This document shows, in pieces, positions 60,357 to 64,000 of a stretch of 64,000 nt of DNA. The stretch covers positions 129,906 through 193,905 of the forward strand of contig JAXHVD010000005.1 in NCBI GenBank assembly GCA_034189385.1, read 5' to 3'. The position numbers and the translations under genes are program-made. Every line of letters starts with the position of its first letter. Positions within the stretch are counted from its first letter, which is position 1. Under the pieces are notes generated by a model that saw only the letters and a list, made by a program, of their open reading frames with translations, was not told the DNA's origin and did not search any database. This DNA comes from Thermodesulfobacteriota bacterium. Its GTDB lineage: Bacteria > Desulfobacterota > Desulfobacteria > Desulfobacterales > C00003060.

Positions 60357-60958
60357 CTTTCCTCCTGTCCCTTCATAACACTGGCGAGTACCTTCTGAAG
60401 CTTTTTTCGAGCCCGAAATGATCGGATTTTCACATTGGCAACACTCCACCCAAGAAGTTCAGCGGCCTCTCGGCCTGACAGACCTTCCAGGTAGACCAAT
60501 TCCAAAACCATCCTTTCTTCAGGTGACAAGGCATCCAAAGCCCAATCCAGAAACTCCCTGGCCTCTCTTCTGGAGGCATCTTCATAAAAGGACTTGGCTG
60601 ATTCCTCTGCCATGACCTTTTCCAGCCAATCTTCTTGGCGCTCAGAGAGGCCGCCAATGGGCACCTCTCGCGTCTTATAATGTTGTCTCCAATAATCATA
60701 ACAGGTTCTGACCGCTATTTTAGATAACCATTGTACGAAATGACCCTTCCCCTTGAACGTGCCTAATGACTGATATGCCTTTATGAACACGAGATGGGCA
60801 GTCTCTTGCACCTCATGATAAGGCACATGTCTTCCCACCACTTTCAGGACCTGGTCCTTATGCCTTGTCAATAGCAGCTCAAATCTGTCCACACTGCCAT
60901 CAAGAACCTGGCGAACAACTTCAGCATCACTGGGCTTCGGAAAATTGTCATCTTGCAT
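60353..60958 (-). CDS. ECF RNA polymerase sigma factor
   Basis: DAEVVRQVLDG..DRFELL, WLSKIAVRTCYDYWR and LSGREAAELLGWSVANVKIRSFRAR. Confidence 0.92.
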   Translation of the reverse strand: MQDDNFPKPSDAEVVRQVLDGSVDRFELLLTRHKDQVLKVVGRHVPYHEVQETAHLVFIKAYQSLGTFKGKGHFVQWLSKIAVRTCYDYWRQHYKTREVPIGGLSERQEDWLEKVMAEESAKSFYEDASRREAREFLDWALDALSPEERMVLELVYLEGLSGREAAELLGWSVANVKIRSFRARKKLQKVLASVMKGQEER

Positions 60959-61011
60959 GTCTGACGGTCAGCGGCCTGGCCTGCTAGAGGCACCATAACA
61001 CAGTATCCACG

Positions 61012-61040
61012 ATCATAGGAAGTAGCGTCCACTCTGTCAA
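61012..61040 (-). promoter_or_regulatory. sigma70 promoter of the ECF operon
   Basis: Minus strand TTGACA-N17-TATGAT. Confidence 0.65.
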
Positions 61041-61333
61041 ATCTACCCTCGGCAGATCGGGTCGGGCTAGACACGGGGCCTTTGCCTAATCATCATGAAT
61101 CTAGCATTTGTCTGCCTTGGTTGCAGCTCCTTGTCATGTCTTCTCAGCCAGCCCGGACCCTGCATCGCGCGGACCTTCTTCGGAGTTCCAAGTCTGCTCC
61201 GTTTGAATCTCGACATCGTACTCAGGGAACAGTGTAGTGATAAGTCTGGCCAATGGCTCGAACTTTCTAGAATCATTCGTTAGAATTATGATCTTGTCCA
61301 TTGGCCAGGCGTTCCTAAGGCTGTGGATCAGTG

Positions 61334-61864
61334 CTATTCACTGTAACTCTCAAGCCACTCATCTAACCTAGACATCTCGAATTCTGTCCGGTCTTTCATC
61401 TTTTCAATCCTTCCAAGCTCCCGCTTTTCTAAGCGTTCTATCTGTTCAGAAGAGAGCACCTCTGTACGCACTTCGGTCGTGATTTCTGCTCTCAAAAGAG
61501 CCAATTCTCCCCTAATTGAACTCAAGTGTTGAATGGCGTTGAGAAGATTGTCTTCGTTGAATTCCTGGGCAAGGATGGCTGCCGACAGACCCTCATGGGC
61601 CGCTCCAAGACTCTGAAGCGTGCTCATCAAGTTGTCGTAATGTTCCCTCAGGATGGCTGCAATTTGTGTCTTTTGTTCATCCGAAAGATCGAGCCCCATA
61701 ATGGGCCCGAGCAGTGGGACGGGCTCACCATGCGAAGGAGCCCCATTCGGAAAAGGTTCACCGTGATTTGGGCCAAATCCCCGTGCTGTCACCATGGCTG
61801 CACCGCAAAGCACGATTGTGACCACCAGCGCTACACCCAATACCTGATTCCATTTCATCTTCAT
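61334..61864 (-). CDS. Spy/CpxP family periplasmic chaperone
   Basis: Signal peptide; LDLSDEQKTQI...VLSSEQ. Confidence 0.8.
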   Translation of the reverse strand: MKMKWNQVLGVALVVTIVLCGAAMVTARGFGPNHGEPFPNGAPSHGEPVPLLGPIMGLDLSDEQKTQIAAILREHYDNLMSTLQSLGAAHEGLSAAILAQEFNEDNLLNAIQHLSSIRGELALLRAEITTEVRTEVLSSEQIERLEKRELGRIEKMKDRTEFEMSRLDEWLESYSE

Positions 61865-61922
61865 CTTTCTTCCCTCCTTGTTTTTTTGTTACCAATGAGG
61901 TCATTGATATCTGGACATAAAC

Positions 61923-62217
61923 TCACCGCCCGCTTCCCTTCGACATTGCTCAGGGTCGCTCGAGACGCGAAGGGCGCCAAGAAAAACCTTTTTTTGCTTT
62001 TCGCTGAGACGCCGAAAAGGAAAAACTAACTTGCCCTTCGGGCAGCACTAATCAGCATCGGCGCCCTTTCAGTTTAACTATTTTGAAATAACCATAAACC
62101 TCAGTCTTGCTATTCGTTTCTGTTCGCCACCGGCGATAGCTTTTTATGTTTTCCGGCGTCTCAGCGGAAAACATAAAGAAAAAATGGACTCTGCGGTCTT
62201 TGCGGCTTTGCGGTGAA
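61923..62217. repeat. Composite palindromic (MITE/REP-like) element
   Basis: TCACCGC.../...GCGGTGA ends; TTTTCGCTGAGACGCCG vs CGGCGTCTCAGCGGAAAA inverted; CGCCCGCT-CCCTTCGA..GCTCAGGGT-CGCT sub-element also inverted at 10763-10800. Confidence 0.65.
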
Positions 62218-62290
62218 TATCTATTTCTAAAACTGAGATACTATGTCTAAATACTTTTTGCCCCATTAGTATTGTTGTCATCAACGCCAT

Positions 62291-62638
62291 TCACGTCACA
62301 CAGGCGGAGATGGCATCATGCAGCTCTGTGACCGAAAAAGGTTTATGAATCACATGTTCACAATCACAAACGCATAGATCCTGAGGCTCTGATGCCAGAC
62401 CGATAAATGGCGTGGGGGCTCCGACCAAATAACGGATCTTTTCGATAAGGCCGTCGCCGTTTCTTCCATTCATCTTCAGATCCATGATGACCAGATCAAA
62501 GTCGCTGGTGCGGCATTTTTCTATGGCCTCTATGCCGTCTGCCGCGGTTTCAAGGGAGTGTCCACAAATGGTCGTCACAAATATTCGAATAAGTTCTAGT
62601 AATGTTCTGTCTTTTACGATCAGTAGGATTCTCGTCAT
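62291..62638 (-). CDS. Single-domain response regulator
   Basis: TAADGIEAIE, DLVIMDLKM...G and KPFS; first acidic pair degenerate (IVKD). Confidence 0.75.
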   Translation of the reverse strand: MTRILLIVKDRTLLELIRIFVTTICGHSLETAADGIEAIEKCRTSDFDLVIMDLKMNGRNGDGLIEKIRYLVGAPTPFIGLASEPQDLCVCDCEHVIHKPFSVTELHDAISACVT

Positions 62639-63046
62639 GCTTATCTTCCTTCCATTTCAACCTCTCAGAACGTCCGGGTGTGGCACTTAGGTCCCGGAAG
62701 CTCGCCATTCCGCCAACGATCTTGCCGGCTTCGTCTTTGAGGAGACAAATATCCACAGCAATAGAAATACGCTCTCCGTCTCCACGGATGATTGTTGTGG
62801 GCACATTACAGACAGGGCCGCCGCTGATCATGGTGTGAGCCAGCAAGCAAACTGTCCCACAGGTACCCGCCCTCAAGATTTCATCACAGTGGCGCCCGAG
62901 GGCCTCCTGAGGATGTATACCCACGATCGCTGCTGCTCTCTGTTAAAGAATGTGATGCGCCGGTTTGTATCGACAGTGAAAACTCCTGCCGTGGTGTTCT
63001 CCATCATGGCGTCAGGCTCTTTCATGGCTATCAATAGATCCCTCAT
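62550..63046 (-). pseudogene. PAS-domain gene with a +2 (GA) slip near 62938
   Basis: GVFTVDTNRRITFFNR continues as AAAIVGIHPQEALGRHCDEIL...LKDEAGKIVGGMASFRDL in another frame. Confidence 0.75.
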
Positions 63047-63086
63047 TTCTATTCGGCTTGTTCCAGATGTGGCCTCCATCTCTAAC

Positions 63087-63114
63087 GTCGCTGGCCACAA
63101 CCAAAAGGTTACAA
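63087..63114 (-). promoter_or_regulatory. Putative ECF promoter (leftward)
   Basis: Minus strand TTGTAACCTTTT-N12-CGAC. Confidence 0.6.
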
Positions 63115-63181
63115 ATCACAGACAAATCCCGGCCAAATAGGCTCGACAACCAACCACCATGAAGCAGCCCTGTTCTGTTTT

Positions 63182-63209
63182 TTGTAACCTTTTCCCAAAC
63201 CAGTTCGAC
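63182..63209 (+). promoter_or_regulatory. Putative ECF promoter (rightward)
   Basis: TTGTAACCTTTT-N12-CGAC, same spacing as the leftward copy. Confidence 0.6.
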
Positions 63210-63365
63210 TAAGCATTACAGGCAGGAGGACACCAGTTACCCAAAAGGGGGTGAAATCGTTAGGGTGAAAAAGGCAGGACGCAAGCGGAGGCGACAAGCC
63301 ATGAAGCTTGCAGGATTTTGTAGTCATTAACAGAATGTCTAGAAGTTAGAAAAGGAGGAAAAATA

Positions 63366-63902
63366 GTGAAAGCAAAAACAGTTGTCTTATGTGTATTGAT
63401 GACATGTGTGGGCCTTGTCGGCAGTGTGACCACAGCCATTGCTCAGGGAAACCGTCTGGACCAGATGAAATCAACGCTTAACCTGACTCCCAGTCAAGTA
63501 GAACAGCTGGAGCAGCTGGGACCGCCGGATAGGACCGCCGGCCCTGAGGCGATGAAAGCACAGCTCGAATCCATCCTGACTCCAGATCAAATGTCCCAAA
63601 TGGACCAAATGCGGCAGCAGGGGATGGAGAACCACAAGAGAGAGATGCAGTCAGCTCTTAATCTCACTTCCGATCAAATAGCACAGCTCGAACAACTGGG
63701 GCGGCCTGGGCCGAACACGGACCCTGAGCAGTTCAGGGGCCAGCTCGAATCGATCCTCACTCCTGATCAAATGTCCCAAATGGACCAAATGCATCAGCAG
63801 AGGATGGATCAGATGGGTGCGGGTGAGTTCCCCGGTGGTTGTCCAGATGGGGAGTTTCCAGGGGGTCGTCCAGAAGGCCCTCCTCCATGGGCTGCTGAGT
63901 AA
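63366..63902 (+). CDS. Secreted Spy/CpxP-like LTXXQ repeat protein
   Basis: Signal peptide; two ~60-aa repeats (LNLT..Q..QLEQLG.P...QLESILTPDQMSQMDQM); AAGGAGG RBS. Confidence 0.8.
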   Translation: MKAKTVVLCVLMTCVGLVGSVTTAIAQGNRLDQMKSTLNLTPSQVEQLEQLGPPDRTAGPEAMKAQLESILTPDQMSQMDQMRQQGMENHKREMQSALNLTSDQIAQLEQLGRPGPNTDPEQFRGQLESILTPDQMSQMDQMHQQRMDQMGAGEFPGGCPDGEFPGGRPEGPPPWAAE

Positions 63903-64000
63903 ACGGCAACACACGGAGGTCATTGAGAAATAGATCCAGAGGCGGGGGGGGGCCAGGGGGCGGGCCGGACCGGTGTGAGGAAGGGGGGGGGAACTCACCC

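Noticed and set aside
1..64000. tRNA, rRNA, integron integrase, intact transposase or prophage genes
   Set aside because: None recognised by eye; tRNAscan, ISEScan and IntegronFinder would be needed to exclude them formally.

Overview
Bacterial window whose gene content suggests a Desulfobacterota/deltaproteobacterial genome; this taxonomy is an inference. Housekeeping and metabolic blocks: moaC-fdhD-moeA; a TetR-regulated RND pump; an RdgC-like gene pair; dinB; ptsP; a cyclophilin; a hybrid histidine kinase; a prpE-like CoA ligase; nadA-nadC; acyl-CoA dehydrogenase-etfB-etfA, with EtfA fused to an XRE-cupin module; and a solitary recD. About 9.4-29.5 kb is an accessory, defence-like island. 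It holds a split vapBC, an MNT gene with a dead HEPN partner, DUF4143, a TcmP + spore-photoproduct-lyase-like radical SAM pair, a PD-(D/E)XK nuclease, an OLD nuclease and YhaO/YhaN. It also holds many truncated gene fragments, degenerate attC-like sites and a repeated breakpoint motif. Other features are a ~5.5 kb frameshifted choice-of-anchor-D surface protein with an internally deleted paralog next to it, two ECF sigma/anti-sigma/Spy-CpxP clusters and many REP-like palindromes. The most unusual signal is a ~0.4 kb non-coding, highly self-complementary element with a nested copy of its own motif. It occurs three times: 49004-49389, 55920-56366, and an internally deleted inverted copy at 9676-9842. 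No rRNA, tRNA, CRISPR array, integrase or intact transposase was recognised. All calls come from reading motifs by eye; no searches were run.
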